From: Perkinsela sp. CCAP 1560/9
Lineage: Eukaryota; Protista; Euglenozoa: Kinetoplastea
DNA length: 64,000 nt
Direction of reading: 5' to 3'
Assembly: GCA_965644495.1 (NCBI GenBank)
Contig: CBFFSA010000012.1
Span: 1 to 64,000, forward strand
Made by a program: the position numbers and the translations under genes. Of this stretch, positions 23,101 through 32,624 are shown one piece after another; position 1 is the stretch's first letter, and each line of letters opens with the position of its first letter. The notes under the pieces are model-generated. The model had not been told where the DNA came from. It ran no database searches and was given only the letters and a program-made list of their open reading frames with translations.

Positions 23101-26100
23101 AATTTGGACAGCGCGTATTTCGTTTTAACCAGAACCCTGACATGCATCACATTTTGGTCAACGAATCGAAAGGAACTTTATCACTCTCAATGATACAACG
23201 TCTTCGAACTCTCCAAGAAGAGATATACGGTGCAAATGGCGATCCACGGCCAATGATACGAGCAGCCCGCCTGTATGCGTTAGACAAAAATGGGGAGATA
23301 TTCATTACCTATCTGTTGAACATTTTCTCCAATAATATTGACCCGTCGAGCTATCCGTCCTGTGTTGTTAATGCGAGTTTAAGAACTGGCTCTCCCATGC
23401 CACCAATCGACCATTTTAAGGCGTATATGGACGAATCGAATCAGGATGCTTCCGACGAAATACATATTCGGAAGCCATATGATTTGGTCTCAACACTGAA
23501 TGAAGCTTATGCCACCCAAAACAATTTATCACGCGTACGAGCGAACCGCACTTCTTCATTTTTTCATCCCACAATTTCGAGTTTGAGCATACTGAAAGGA
23601 TTTCTTTATTTTTTTGACTACTTTGCACCTACTCGTGAACTCAGAGTGAAAGACTCCCTCACACCAAAGGTGTCTGAAACTGCCATACGTGCGTGGAGTA
23701 TTGCGATTCATTTATTGAAACCTTGCGGCGTTATGCACATTTATTCGGTGGCCCCAGAATTACCTAAAGCTTTACGAGTTGTTTGTGGCATTATTTTTGC
23801 TTCTATTTATGGCTTAGCTACGGAGGAAAAAAACTTTTTTCTAGATGTGCCGAATACAATGCGCCCACTTCTCGATTGGTTAGAAAATTTAGCTTATCCA
23901 TACTTGCGAGGCGCGATACCACTAGGGAAAACGCGTCAATTACTTACCGAGAAGAGTTTTCGTTGCATGACCCAATTTAGTCGGTGCCTTTCAGAGTTAT
24001 CCAATCACTCTATCACGGAGTGTCTCACATTATGGAATATTTTACACAAAGAGCTTCGTCACGAAGCCATCGATGGGCTAGAAAAATTGAATGAATTGGG
24101 CGATGGTCTTGCCTTATATCTTTTTCCAAAGCTGGGAATATCTACTACTGCAATTGCTTTGACAGAGAAAATGCGTAACACGGCAGAAATGGCGACTATT
24201 TCATTTATACCCTATGGTGCTTGTTGCGACAGAGCTTTGCATATACCGGACATACACCTTAATTCCCAATCAACGATGCGGACAAGTGAGTGCGATTCGG
24301 TATTTTGTGACTTTTACTCTTGGTGCAATTCAATGAATCACTGGTCCGACTTAAAAGTACAACATCGAATTTCTCCTTCTCTATGGGTCACGGTAGCCGA
24401 GTCCTTTTTCTTGAGCGTAACTGAAGGCCAGAAGATCTCTATGGGTGCATTCAGCTCCTTTTTAAAGACAGTTAATTCCTTAGAAAAACTGTCAACCAAC
24501 AAGGACGTCGATGTACTTCGAAATTGTTTGTTGAATCTCTCGATTCCAGATATTGGTGATGTGACTCATTTTCTGACACACAGGGCTTTCTGTGGCCTTG
24601 TGGACGACCTCTTTGAAGCTAACAAAAACCAGAAGAAAGATACAGAAGCTGTTCCCGAAAAAGACTTCTCTTCTTGGAGAGATTACATTCTTGACATGCA
24701 TGGAATTGATTCTCCTCAATTCTTTGAATCGTTGTGCTTTACTCTAATCGTTTTCGGCTATTTACTCAGCTGGTGTTATGCCTTACCGTCTGTAGTGGGC
24801 AAGTTCGTGAAGTACGAAATGCATATCACACGCACACAACTGGCTTTAGATCAATGGTCATTACTAGAAGAATCAATTGGCTCGGTATTAGTACCCCCGC
24901 CGTGTCTCGAACTGTCTTTGATTTCTGATCTCGTGGACCTTCAGAAGGATCAATATCGTAGAGACTTGACGAAATACCGCTCGAAGCAGCTGAAACATGT
25001 TAAATTCAATTTCTTGGAACAACTCTATGGTGTGATGCTTAATGGAATGGCTCACATGCTCGAATCTGTGACTCCTGCGATTAGCGTTTTGCATCGTTGT
25101 TTGAGTGACACGAAGCACTCCATTATTACCACAAAAGAATTTGATTACATGCGCCAGCAGGCGGGAGGTATCCTCGATGTACTTGATAACGAGTCGTTGT
25201 TGAGCCATCCGTCAACACGATATTTTGCTGCTGGCATTCGTTTGATAAGTCATGCAGGAAAGGTACTTGTTGACCGAAACGAATCATTGCTTGGCGTCAC
25301 TGCGTTTCCCATATTCAAGAATCTGGTTTCCTTCCCGATTGCCTCTCACGGAAATCTTTCCAATACCCTTGAAACAGCGATTCGTCAAATCATCGAAAAG
25401 AATCAGTCTATAAATGCGATTTGGATAGGACTGCAAACAATCGCGACGTTCATAGAGCGAACTTATTTGTGTCAACAGCCGGGGCACGACGGAAAAGAGC
25501 TGATTTCTCTTCTAAACATGTACTCAAACTTTTGGATACAAATGAAAAATACGGACATTGGTGAAAAGTTAACGAGTGGAATTGAACTTCGATACTACGG
25601 CGGTAAACAGGTTGATATCGACTCGACGACGTACGATTCGGAAACGCTTTTGGAGAAGATATTTCCTAGTTTCCATTCGGATATTGAGTTTGAATTGCAG
25701 ACTCGAAAGGAATCGGAGGAAGACAACTATGCAATATTTAATGATGCGTTTCTCGTGCGTGACTTTCAAGAAAGGCTCCGAATGGACATGAAGAAAACAA
25801 GATCAAAGTTGGGATCAGGTCTCAGACTTCCTGATTTTCCACGCAAGGTACTACTTACGTACATTGAATCAATGCGAAGAAAATCCTACCATCTTAAGGT
25901 TCCAGAGTATGCTTCTCGTGTGCTTCACACTAATTTTGACAACCATCCCACAATTTTACCCAAAACAGAAATTTTTGAAATGGCTCATGACATCTGGAAG
26001 ACAGGATTTCAATGTGGACTTCAATGGAAGCATTGTACGAAATCTGAGAACGTGTCACTAAATGAAGGGAACATGTCTGGAATTCTTGCCGGATTGCTCG

Positions 26101-29100
26101 AAGCTTCTCATACAGTCCTAGATCCCACTGTGCGAAATCCCTTTACATCGCGTGACAATTCCAAACATAAGATTGACAAGATATTTAGCCTGGAGGAACC
26201 CAACCCAGTGGAGATTGTTCACATTACGAAAGAGGTTTTGACTCCCTTGCGTTCTAAGCTTCAAGAAACTATTTTGATGGATTCAGATGACGAAGCCTTG
26301 TTGAGAGTAAATAGGTTTATAAATCATATTTTCGAAATGCCGCCACTCACGACACCCGTTCTGAAATTTGTCAATACATTTGAGGTCTTACTAAAGGACT
26401 ATTTCGAGTGGAGCGGAGCTCGCACAAAGAATGAAATCAGTGTACTAGACGAGCATTTCAAAGCCTTGAAAAAGGTTGTGTCCTCCATGAGACAACGAGA
26501 ACTACACAATTATGAGGCAATGTTTGTCCAAATGCGCCTATATGAGGAAAGAAATGCATCTCTTGAGTTTCCTGTGATACGCGCACGAATTGTTCAACAC
26601 GGACAGGATCTTCCAGAAGATTTATCCTCTACGAAGGAAATGTACTTCTACTTACGGGAATTTCTTCTAGGTGCCCCTATTGGAGAGCTTTCGATACGAA
26701 TTTCCTTACTCCACGCTGTGAGTTCAGAAATATCTATGATGAAGGAAGAAAACGTATTTTGCCACGCTAGTATCCCAGTGAATGACCGTTTCCTCCAATT
26801 TGCATCTATGATCGAAAACACGGTTCACTACGTGCAGGGGTACCAAAGCCATATTGAGAAACTGCTTTCAGAATCCTACGCCAGGCGCAAGGCTGAGATT
26901 CGCAGTTTCGCGTACGGTATAGTCTGGAAGGACGATTCTTTTCATGCCCTTCGAGACTGCACGCAAAAGTCTCAGGCAGCACTCGGTCGCGCACTACACG
27001 AATTCAACACCCTCTTACATCAGCCCGTAGAAACTCAAACGGCGGTTTCCATGGACTTTTCACATGATACGTCGGTGGCGTCTATGTGGTCGACTCTGCG
27101 TTTGTCAGCAGAGGCTGCGTTTAATAAAGATTTGGAAAGCGTTAGCCCAAATCTTGAAGAAGCAGGTTTTTCATCAGTACAGACCAATGTGTCTCACATT
27201 TTGGAAATCCTAGAGGAATGCGGGGGATCGCTATTTATGGAAAAGCAGCTGGTACAGAAACAAAGACTGCTCAAAGACTTAGTACTGCAAATGAGCGAAG
27301 CAGAAATTGACTTTGTTGCACAAAGCCACACTGATTATCGTTTTAGAGAACCATGGATACTGTTTTCGCAAACTCCTTCCACACGAAATTTCCAACATTT
27401 ATGTCTAGAACCAGAGAAAACATGCAGCACTCTGTGGTACTCGACATACGATATTCTTTTACGAACTATAGATGTTGAAGAGTCAGGATTTCAACGCGAT
27501 GTTTCAACGAGTCAACTAAGGAAAATTACAAATATTTCTAGGACGATTTTCACATGTGCAACTCTACAACGTCATTCTATTGAATCTTTGTGCACTGCAA
27601 TATGCTATTTTCTAAATGGGAGGAACAGTGTGTCTGAGGAGAGCACCAATACCCGAAACATGACAAGTCTCATTGACGATCTTTACAACTCAATTTGGCG
27701 ACTGCATTGTACATTAATACAAATGACCAGCTACGAAAGTAGAGAGTGGGTGGTTTTATCTTCTGAAGCTTCCATGTACAAAATATGTTCCAATGTGGAG
27801 GTGATCCTCCGTAACCTACCGTGTAGCAATGCGGAATCTGTACAAAAGTGGTTGGAAGAGGTCCTGAAGGTGAAAAGTGCTCTGACAGAATACTTATCAT
27901 ACGCCAAATCTTCGCAAAAGAGTGATCTCTTGCCCTACGAAAATTGCATCAATTCATTGAGCTTTCATCTTGGTGACATAGCGGAACTAAGCGGAAAGCT
28001 TCAGAATTTTTTTGACTCATCAGGGGGAGCATACTTGCGTCAGACATGTTTAAAACACCAGAAAAAGAAATTGCAAAAGAGAGCACGCGAAGATGCTTCC
28101 GTGGTAGAACACGAATTGAAACTTCCAACTCGCGCTTTCGACCTGCACACCTATATACTAGAATATACAAAACTTACGTTTCTGGAGTGCACAGAATGCA
28201 TGTGTGAGAAAAAGAATCGATGGCTGCGCTCAGCACACAGCTTAGTACTTCAGTCCCTTCCAATTCATCACAAAACACTCAAAATAGCATTATTTTGGTC
28301 TACTCTGGCACTGCGCTTGGGAACTGCTGGACTTTCTCCAACCACTACTTCAGACACTCAAGAGAATTCAGAGATAGAAAATATGGATGTCCAAGATGGG
28401 ACTGGTATGGGTTCCGGTGAGGGTAAAAAGGATGTTACCCAAGAACTTGAAAACGAAGATCAGTTTTTGACTTCTGAGGACATGAAAAATGAATCTGGCG
28501 AAAAACCTGAGAAGCAAGATCGTGATGACGAACAGAAGCCAATAGATGCGACCACAAATTTTGAACAGGAATATGAATCTTTGAATGAAGATTCGGAAAA
28601 CAGCAGTGAGCAGAATAGCGATATTGAGAACGAATTTGGTCAGTCGGGTAATAACACTACTAATAAAGATCAAATAAATTCTGACGAGGGAGGGGCGTCA
28701 GAGAATGAATCTTTAGCTGGCTCGGAAGAGAAACAAAAGGAGGATTCCTCTACTGGTCCAATGCAGTCCGAGAAAGATGGGAATAACGAAGATATGGATA
28801 TTTCCGATTTTCATAAGGAAAAGGATGATGGTTTCATTTCGCAAGATGAAGAGGCTCAATCGGGATCTGAGTCTGGTAGAGCTAAATCTTTAGAAAATGA
28901 AGCATTTTCGTCACTATCAGAAGATGGTGCTTCTGAGGACGTTATGCAAGAAAACTCGGAGATGAGTTGCGACGACGAAAGCGATCGCGACGAAAAATCA
29001 GAAGATGCTACTTGTGGGCAGAACTTGGACTCCGAGATGGAAGGCTCTCATGATGATACGGATGAGCAAGACGATGTGTCGTCTCGACCAACCGACTTGA

Positions 29101-30689
29101 CACACGAAACTCCTCCTAGTGATCGAACTCAGGGGCTAGGGTCAAGTTCCACCACAAACGGCTCTTCCACTTCTGGAGCAAAGGATACACTTGAGAACAA
29201 TCAAGAAAATAACGCACACTCACTTCCTGAGCAAACAAATATTACTTCTGACATGCCTCAAGAATCTTTAGATGGCACGGAAAATGTTGATTTTGCACAA
29301 GATAACACAGGGGGTAGTTATGGGGCTGTTTCTCGGCTGGACGGACAGAAGAAAACAGAAAACAGCTCTGATTCCCGCAAGCAAAATTTCCCGAAGGGCG
29401 ATAAGGCCCTACCGCGATTGGAGCCAACTAGTATACCGCACGTAGATATACTTCCGGAATTGATCAAAGTCGAAGCTCAGGACGCTGCGAAGCATGAAAA
29501 CACAGCAGACGCACATGTGCTTGCGGAGGAAACTAATATAAATGCAAAATTAGGAGCCGCAGCTATTCAATCGCAAGTTCAGTGTGAGAAGCTAGAAGAA
29601 ACCTTGCGTGATGTGGAACGTCAGGTTAAAGACATGGATCCAGGAATACAGAAATCTGTAGAGGAGAAAGAAAACGAGTCTAAATTGAACACCAACGTTC
29701 GTGGGATTCATTCTGCGGGTCGCAAAGTTCTTGATGCCGCTGATGCCTTGCCCGACGAGAAAAGTGCTAACAGTGCAGACGTGTCGCCTGGTGATCTGTG
29801 GTCTACACTGCTACAGGAAAGCGCCCCGCTTAGCACTCACTTGTGCGAACAACTACGCTGCGTACTGCAACCGACGAAAGTGGACAGGCTTCAGGGTGAC
29901 TACAAAACAGGCAAACGACTTAACATACGGAGGCTAATTCCCTATTTTGCATCCCACTACCGACGAGATAAAATATGGCTACGTCGTACACTGCCTTCAA
30001 AAAGACAGTACCAGATTGCTTTGGCAGTAGACGACAGCTACAGTATGCAAGCGAATCGAGTCACACGAGAGAGTCTATCTTGTGTGGCGCTACTCGCACA
30101 GGCGCTCCACCGGCTCGAGGTTGGGGAACTCGCTGTCCTAGCTTTGGGACACGACCTCACCGTTTGCCACTCCTTTGAAAGTCCATTCTACTTGGAAACT
30201 ACCGGGGTGGAGTGCCTGCGTAAGCTTACCTTTGCACAACGTCGCACGCGCTTCAAAACATTTTTAGAGCAGACGCTGGACTACATGGATTACCACCGTG
30301 CCCGAAGCGCGACACAAACTTCACGAGGATCGAGTCGCATAGTCCAGTTGCTGTTTATCCTATCCGACGGTCAAATTACTGAGGACCGTTCCGCGATTCG
30401 GGAGCTTCAATGTAGGGCACAATCCAATGAGCAAATCATTGTGCTATTAATACTTGACGCCCCTCCATCTCCAAGCCAATCCGAAGCTACGGGTGAAACC
30501 CCCGCTTCACGTGCTTCCGTTCTTGATATGGAAACCGTCGAGTTTACCCCGGAAGGAGGAGTACGCAGGCAACCCTATTTGGAAGACTTCCCATTTGCTC
30601 ACTATCTTGTCGTGCGGGATATGAGCCACATTCCCGTTATTTTATCCCAGATCATTAAACAGTGGTTTGATGCAGCAACACAGTATTAA
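17103..30689 (+). CDS. MDN1: Midasin/Rea1 AAA ATPase (60S maturation)
   Basis: Six P-loops with LLDE(I/L)NLA-type motifs, long linker, D/E-rich tail, DYKTGKRLN and MIDAS DDSYS. Confidence 0.97.
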   Translation: MTSRPPPPSPSSPTPTHPPPPLTPPFIPTPTVTSNLSLLHSALCASRIILLYGPAGCGKTQSIFSFLSSSSLPPSLMPSQIRSALLDETSEARDLIGGYQCSEVPGQLHWAPGPLPHAMKNGEWLLMEDIDLVSYDILTLLAGIEDNTQGYYLSDVEEWVPIADSFRVIATTTQDWRTQRGGRGVKKGVSEEMTNAGQGNPNVVPEVWHGRPRAQLHVVPWCPVRFQSIPWDEMETIVQQQFSARLGNALVRDLLIKPVHCLVHQLRACNVMCSPLRQLLKVCARVYHAAELPSLTRQERYVPSRCRECVFRHLTDVFVAAIPAMKDRLCVSRSLCEILGLDVRKAEDILLREVPEVTYHSENGSKRVRIGCCSLPVGQKSLCALSREVPDYAPCPSLIRLFERLASCVRAGEAVLLSGESGVGKTYAVQLLSQLCGQDRFNVCNVNHQTETSDLLGGWKPKSAFEMMQSLYEEFDKCFTQTFNAERNRSYLEATQRTFQKAANNTDDYGLRKKFFHVLRKGCHIGLKHNQVLWSSISNKVFSLVEQMEAGTPPAFFSYHDGALQENKKNGGWLLLDEINLAPTEVLDRIATTLDVDNDNTHPEFRLFACMNPPTDAGKKALPQSLLSRFTEIYVDEPKEAEELLILVKHFLRNLPQAPSPEKIVLLYLELCSNTHSLSDVGFAFEKPCYNLRTLCRALRYAAGQAAVYGIQTAFMDGFLMTFATQVIPPRDLQVRQMIQNALFPNFKNQKMNVRHHPEKVLVGGYLLPRGPLPVNTRDDFVCTETVMRHLASLSRCVIANKAVLLQGPTSTGKTTLVRYLSEATGHSFIRINNHNATELSEYLGQYSQTESGSLRFVEGPLISAVRTGAWLVLDELNLASSEVLEALNRLLDDNRELVHPERTEVLIPHAHFRLFATQNPCGQMGYSGRKALSRAFRSRFLEIHVGEMTSSDLVQMLTQPHFALPENFVRRMIAVMEDLQRARSESHVLAGRFGFLTPRDLFRWAKRRPGTLQELAWHGMVLFGDRCRTETEREFVRSTLQRRCRPSHNSLRERNVYLEKNNGSPNSYFDLSDAALYDWNNWEVLRPHKESIEALPLGLTTSMRRILVLIGLCVLYRESILLVGDTGTGKTTACQAWCEILQRHLFTVNCHQNSDTFDLIGGLYPTHMEELQSGAESHRSESSTGNLNTSHPRFRWCDGPVTRAMRTGSMVLLDEINLAEQNVIERLNSVLDDSRSLILSERGYADATQPVAAHHDFLVMATMNPGGDFGKKELSDALKNRFTEIFVPPMTCPEDLDLAVKNILPDAALRDAFLQATWHDDIHQRPNMRDLMNFAKFISKSISLGISETESLHHGKVVFLKEEESSDDKLFWELSSALKVPQLPSSKKQQYVFDTPTTLKNLSNIMRAMLLPERAVLLEGAAGTGKTSLVETLSLSLTGRPVVRINLGEQTELSDLIGSFVPGRGEVTWCEGLLLQAVRNGTWILLDELNLASQTVLEGLNSLLDHRRSLFLPESCTSVSAHPEFRIFASQNPLQDGGGRKGLPRSFLSRFSIVQVQPLSSQDLWRVAESRNQHSGNFLPHVVVKFMAEVISRFHTLSNTRSSDPHRSGLLSHASPVENMSLMEFNVRDLFRWMDLLIASLFPSKDRLKSACFTFSQDGHVTDIVHHIIHTAYCVLLQRLCTYESYSMYRESFFVAARMPDFVAWVSEHRTENGTLISQNSNEQWLSHTIDLCLRCARESALWEFHNGVVSHNRCFFSISNAKTSNNSALNGTTSVSTFVTPAQTTCKISPSLYLLSSQSPVLRTLIWCLQAGLHPVCLCGGPSSGKSTLVHIAARMCGAKLTQMHFTAGCDTAELLGGFHPTQEMGSRKSGFAWKDSLFLRAVQEGHWFLFENANLCSPTVLDRLNSLLEHGGRLIVNEQGVVDGKPCEIYPHQNFKLIMTMDPRNGILSRAMRNRSIEIFIPSIMTVEHEKVELKHPIDKNYGNIDPTEAHYTRESQFGQRVFRFNQNPDMHHILVNESKGTLSLSMIQRLRTLQEEIYGANGDPRPMIRAARLYALDKNGEIFITYLLNIFSNNIDPSSYPSCVVNASLRTGSPMPPIDHFKAYMDESNQDASDEIHIRKPYDLVSTLNEAYATQNNLSRVRANRTSSFFHPTISSLSILKGFLYFFDYFAPTRELRVKDSLTPKVSETAIRAWSIAIHLLKPCGVMHIYSVAPELPKALRVVCGIIFASIYGLATEEKNFFLDVPNTMRPLLDWLENLAYPYLRGAIPLGKTRQLLTEKSFRCMTQFSRCLSELSNHSITECLTLWNILHKELRHEAIDGLEKLNELGDGLALYLFPKLGISTTAIALTEKMRNTAEMATISFIPYGACCDRALHIPDIHLNSQSTMRTSECDSVFCDFYSWCNSMNHWSDLKVQHRISPSLWVTVAESFFLSVTEGQKISMGAFSSFLKTVNSLEKLSTNKDVDVLRNCLLNLSIPDIGDVTHFLTHRAFCGLVDDLFEANKNQKKDTEAVPEKDFSSWRDYILDMHGIDSPQFFESLCFTLIVFGYLLSWCYALPSVVGKFVKYEMHITRTQLALDQWSLLEESIGSVLVPPPCLELSLISDLVDLQKDQYRRDLTKYRSKQLKHVKFNFLEQLYGVMLNGMAHMLESVTPAISVLHRCLSDTKHSIITTKEFDYMRQQAGGILDVLDNESLLSHPSTRYFAAGIRLISHAGKVLVDRNESLLGVTAFPIFKNLVSFPIASHGNLSNTLETAIRQIIEKNQSINAIWIGLQTIATFIERTYLCQQPGHDGKELISLLNMYSNFWIQMKNTDIGEKLTSGIELRYYGGKQVDIDSTTYDSETLLEKIFPSFHSDIEFELQTRKESEEDNYAIFNDAFLVRDFQERLRMDMKKTRSKLGSGLRLPDFPRKVLLTYIESMRRKSYHLKVPEYASRVLHTNFDNHPTILPKTEIFEMAHDIWKTGFQCGLQWKHCTKSENVSLNEGNMSGILAGLLEASHTVLDPTVRNPFTSRDNSKHKIDKIFSLEEPNPVEIVHITKEVLTPLRSKLQETILMDSDDEALLRVNRFINHIFEMPPLTTPVLKFVNTFEVLLKDYFEWSGARTKNEISVLDEHFKALKKVVSSMRQRELHNYEAMFVQMRLYEERNASLEFPVIRARIVQHGQDLPEDLSSTKEMYFYLREFLLGAPIGELSIRISLLHAVSSEISMMKEENVFCHASIPVNDRFLQFASMIENTVHYVQGYQSHIEKLLSESYARRKAEIRSFAYGIVWKDDSFHALRDCTQKSQAALGRALHEFNTLLHQPVETQTAVSMDFSHDTSVASMWSTLRLSAEAAFNKDLESVSPNLEEAGFSSVQTNVSHILEILEECGGSLFMEKQLVQKQRLLKDLVLQMSEAEIDFVAQSHTDYRFREPWILFSQTPSTRNFQHLCLEPEKTCSTLWYSTYDILLRTIDVEESGFQRDVSTSQLRKITNISRTIFTCATLQRHSIESLCTAICYFLNGRNSVSEESTNTRNMTSLIDDLYNSIWRLHCTLIQMTSYESREWVVLSSEASMYKICSNVEVILRNLPCSNAESVQKWLEEVLKVKSALTEYLSYAKSSQKSDLLPYENCINSLSFHLGDIAELSGKLQNFFDSSGGAYLRQTCLKHQKKKLQKRAREDASVVEHELKLPTRAFDLHTYILEYTKLTFLECTECMCEKKNRWLRSAHSLVLQSLPIHHKTLKIALFWSTLALRLGTAGLSPTTTSDTQENSEIENMDVQDGTGMGSGEGKKDVTQELENEDQFLTSEDMKNESGEKPEKQDRDDEQKPIDATTNFEQEYESLNEDSENSSEQNSDIENEFGQSGNNTTNKDQINSDEGGASENESLAGSEEKQKEDSSTGPMQSEKDGNNEDMDISDFHKEKDDGFISQDEEAQSGSESGRAKSLENEAFSSLSEDGASEDVMQENSEMSCDDESDRDEKSEDATCGQNLDSEMEGSHDDTDEQDDVSSRPTDLTHETPPSDRTQGLGSSSTTNGSSTSGAKDTLENNQENNAHSLPEQTNITSDMPQESLDGTENVDFAQDNTGGSYGAVSRLDGQKKTENSSDSRKQNFPKGDKALPRLEPTSIPHVDILPELIKVEAQDAAKHENTADAHVLAEETNINAKLGAAAIQSQVQCEKLEETLRDVERQVKDMDPGIQKSVEEKENESKLNTNVRGIHSAGRKVLDAADALPDEKSANSADVSPGDLWSTLLQESAPLSTHLCEQLRCVLQPTKVDRLQGDYKTGKRLNIRRLIPYFASHYRRDKIWLRRTLPSKRQYQIALAVDDSYSMQANRVTRESLSCVALLAQALHRLEVGELAVLALGHDLTVCHSFESPFYLETTGVECLRKLTFAQRRTRFKTFLEQTLDYMDYHRARSATQTSRGSSRIVQLLFILSDGQITEDRSAIRELQCRAQSNEQIIVLLILDAPPSPSQSEATGETPASRASVLDMETVEFTPEGGVRRQPYLEDFPFAHYLVVRDMSHIPVILSQIIKQWFDAATQY

Positions 30690-30896
30690 ACCCGCTTACA
30701 GGGCAGTAAATCGTCAGAACGATGATTCTTGCTTGCTATTTTAACGCACGCGAAAACGAGATGTTTTTTACCCCTCATTTTTTAAGTTTTATATTTTCTT
30801 TGTACTTATGCTTTATCTGTGTACATCTTGTTCCTACCTTTCCTTTCCTATCACCCACGAACCCCCAAAACACGGTTTCCCTACCTTCCTAACCCC

Positions 30897-31715
30897 ATGC
30901 TCCGGGCCATCCCACGACTTTACCCCACCCGTCAAAAAAAAACCACCCCACGCACACAACCCCCCCTCCCCCCCTCTCCCCCCCACTCCCCCACCCCACG
31001 CAAAAAAAAACCAAAAAACCCGACCAACCCCCCAACCCCCTCCCTAGTCTCCGTCCCCACCTCCCCCCCACGCTCACCCCCCCCACGTAAAAAATCCACC
31101 AAAAAACCGACCAACCCCCCAACCCCCTCTCCTCCTCCCTCCACCTCCACCGCCCTCTCCCCCCACAGTGGTCCCCCCACCTTCCTCTCCCCCCCTCCCC
31201 CCATCCCCCCGTTCCGCGCCTCCCACCCCACTACCCCCCGAGCCCCCTCCCCCCCCCGCGGCGAGCTCGCCTACGCCCCGCCCCCCCCCGCCCCCGCCTC
31301 CGCCCGGTTCGGGTACCACGTCGTCCGGGTCCCCGCCCCCCAGAACTACTGGAGGGCCTTCCGGCGACGCCCCACCCTCTCCCTCCGCTACCTGCTCACC
31401 CAGTGCGCCTTCCTCCTGGGGCTGTGCAAGCTGGTGGAGCTCCTGCTGCGGGAGATCCACGCCGCGGAGGAGGAGCGCGCGACCGGGGGGCGCCACGGGC
31501 TCCCGATGGCCGCGGGGGGGCTGGGGAAGGCCCCGGTGCCGTGGAGGGAGAGGGGGGTGTGTGAGGATGAGGGGGGGGGACGGGCGGAGAGGATGGCGTT
31601 GGAGGGACAGAGACGGTTTGTGGAGGGGGGGGAGATGAAGGCGATGGAGAATTACCCGATGGTGAAGATTCCGCGGCCGAAACAGCTCACGTTTGATGAT
31701 GTGAGGAGGCGGTGA
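30897..31715 (+). CDS. Hypothetical protein, Pro-rich N-half, one hydrophobic segment, possibly mitochondrial
   Basis: In-frame ATG MLRAIPRLY (presequence-like) and YLLTQCAFLLGLCKLV segment; co-oriented with the array. Confidence 0.6.
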   Translation: MLRAIPRLYPTRQKKTTPRTQPPLPPSPPHSPTPRKKKPKNPTNPPTPSLVSVPTSPPRSPPPRKKSTKKPTNPPTPSPPPSTSTALSPHSGPPTFLSPPPPIPPFRASHPTTPRAPSPPRGELAYAPPPPAPASARFGYHVVRVPAPQNYWRAFRRRPTLSLRYLLTQCAFLLGLCKLVELLLREIHAAEEERATGGRHGLPMAAGGLGKAPVPWRERGVCEDEGGGRAERMALEGQRRFVEGGEMKAMENYPMVKIPRPKQLTFDDVRRR

Positions 31716-32624
31716 GCGGGGGGGTGAAGATTGGGGTGACGTTCCTGTCCTCCACCTGTGGGTACAGGGGTGCGAGACTTGTTGATCAGGATACCAATTT
31801 GGATCATCTTCCGAATCAGACGTTGCGTATTCCGGTAACGTGGAAGAAATGTAATATTCCTACCCCGACATGTCCTCTGTGCACAGATAATCAGAGTCGC
31901 TGAAGTGACTACTGACTTCAGGGGTCACCACTTCATGTGAAGAAAGAGGTGGAGATATCGCCCTCGGCCTTTCAGATGGATATGACATGCTGACATAAAA
32001 AATTGTCGGAAACAGTGAAGTTTTCAGGGGTTAAAAAAATAATTGCGTTTCAGGGGCATAGCTTTGCGGTTAGCCTTTCCCTGTTCGTCATTGTAGAATG
32101 GTTTAGTAGATAATCAGAAGGCATCTATTCAGCATGTGTGAATAGGCATCTATTCTCACGTATGAAGTTGATGATCCAATAGTATCTCGCCAGAGGTATG
32201 CGTAGGATTCCGGATACGTGTACCAAGCGAGAGCGTAGAGTTTCGTAAAGCGGTACGGAACATTCAGTTGTAACGTGTCTGATATTTTCTGAATGAAAGG
32301 TCCTTTTGTACGATGCCCTGGTACGCCCCCCGCTGTTAGCGTTGCTTTTGAAGAGAATGCATCCTGCAGCAAAGCGGCATTTTTTTTTATTTAGTTTTTG
32401 TGGCATCAGATTCATGCAGCAATAAAAATTTCTTATTGTATCTTAGGAAGTATCATCTCGAAATAACTAGGCTCTACGACAACTAGACCCCACTTTATGA
32501 AATTACCTTTCTTTTTAGTTTGAACGTGAAACGTCGTGCGTTGGAAAAGAAAGAAATCATGGGTGGACAAGAATCTTCTAGTGGTTAAAGACCTTTATTT
32601 GGCCGTTTCGTTGTACTTTCTTCC

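Noticed and set aside
30889-31496. Gly-rich minus-strand ORFs here and at 37.5-38.8, 46-47 and 59.2-60 kb
   Set aside because: Shadow frames of C-rich islands, which lack stops for compositional reasons; they are antisense to recognisable genes.
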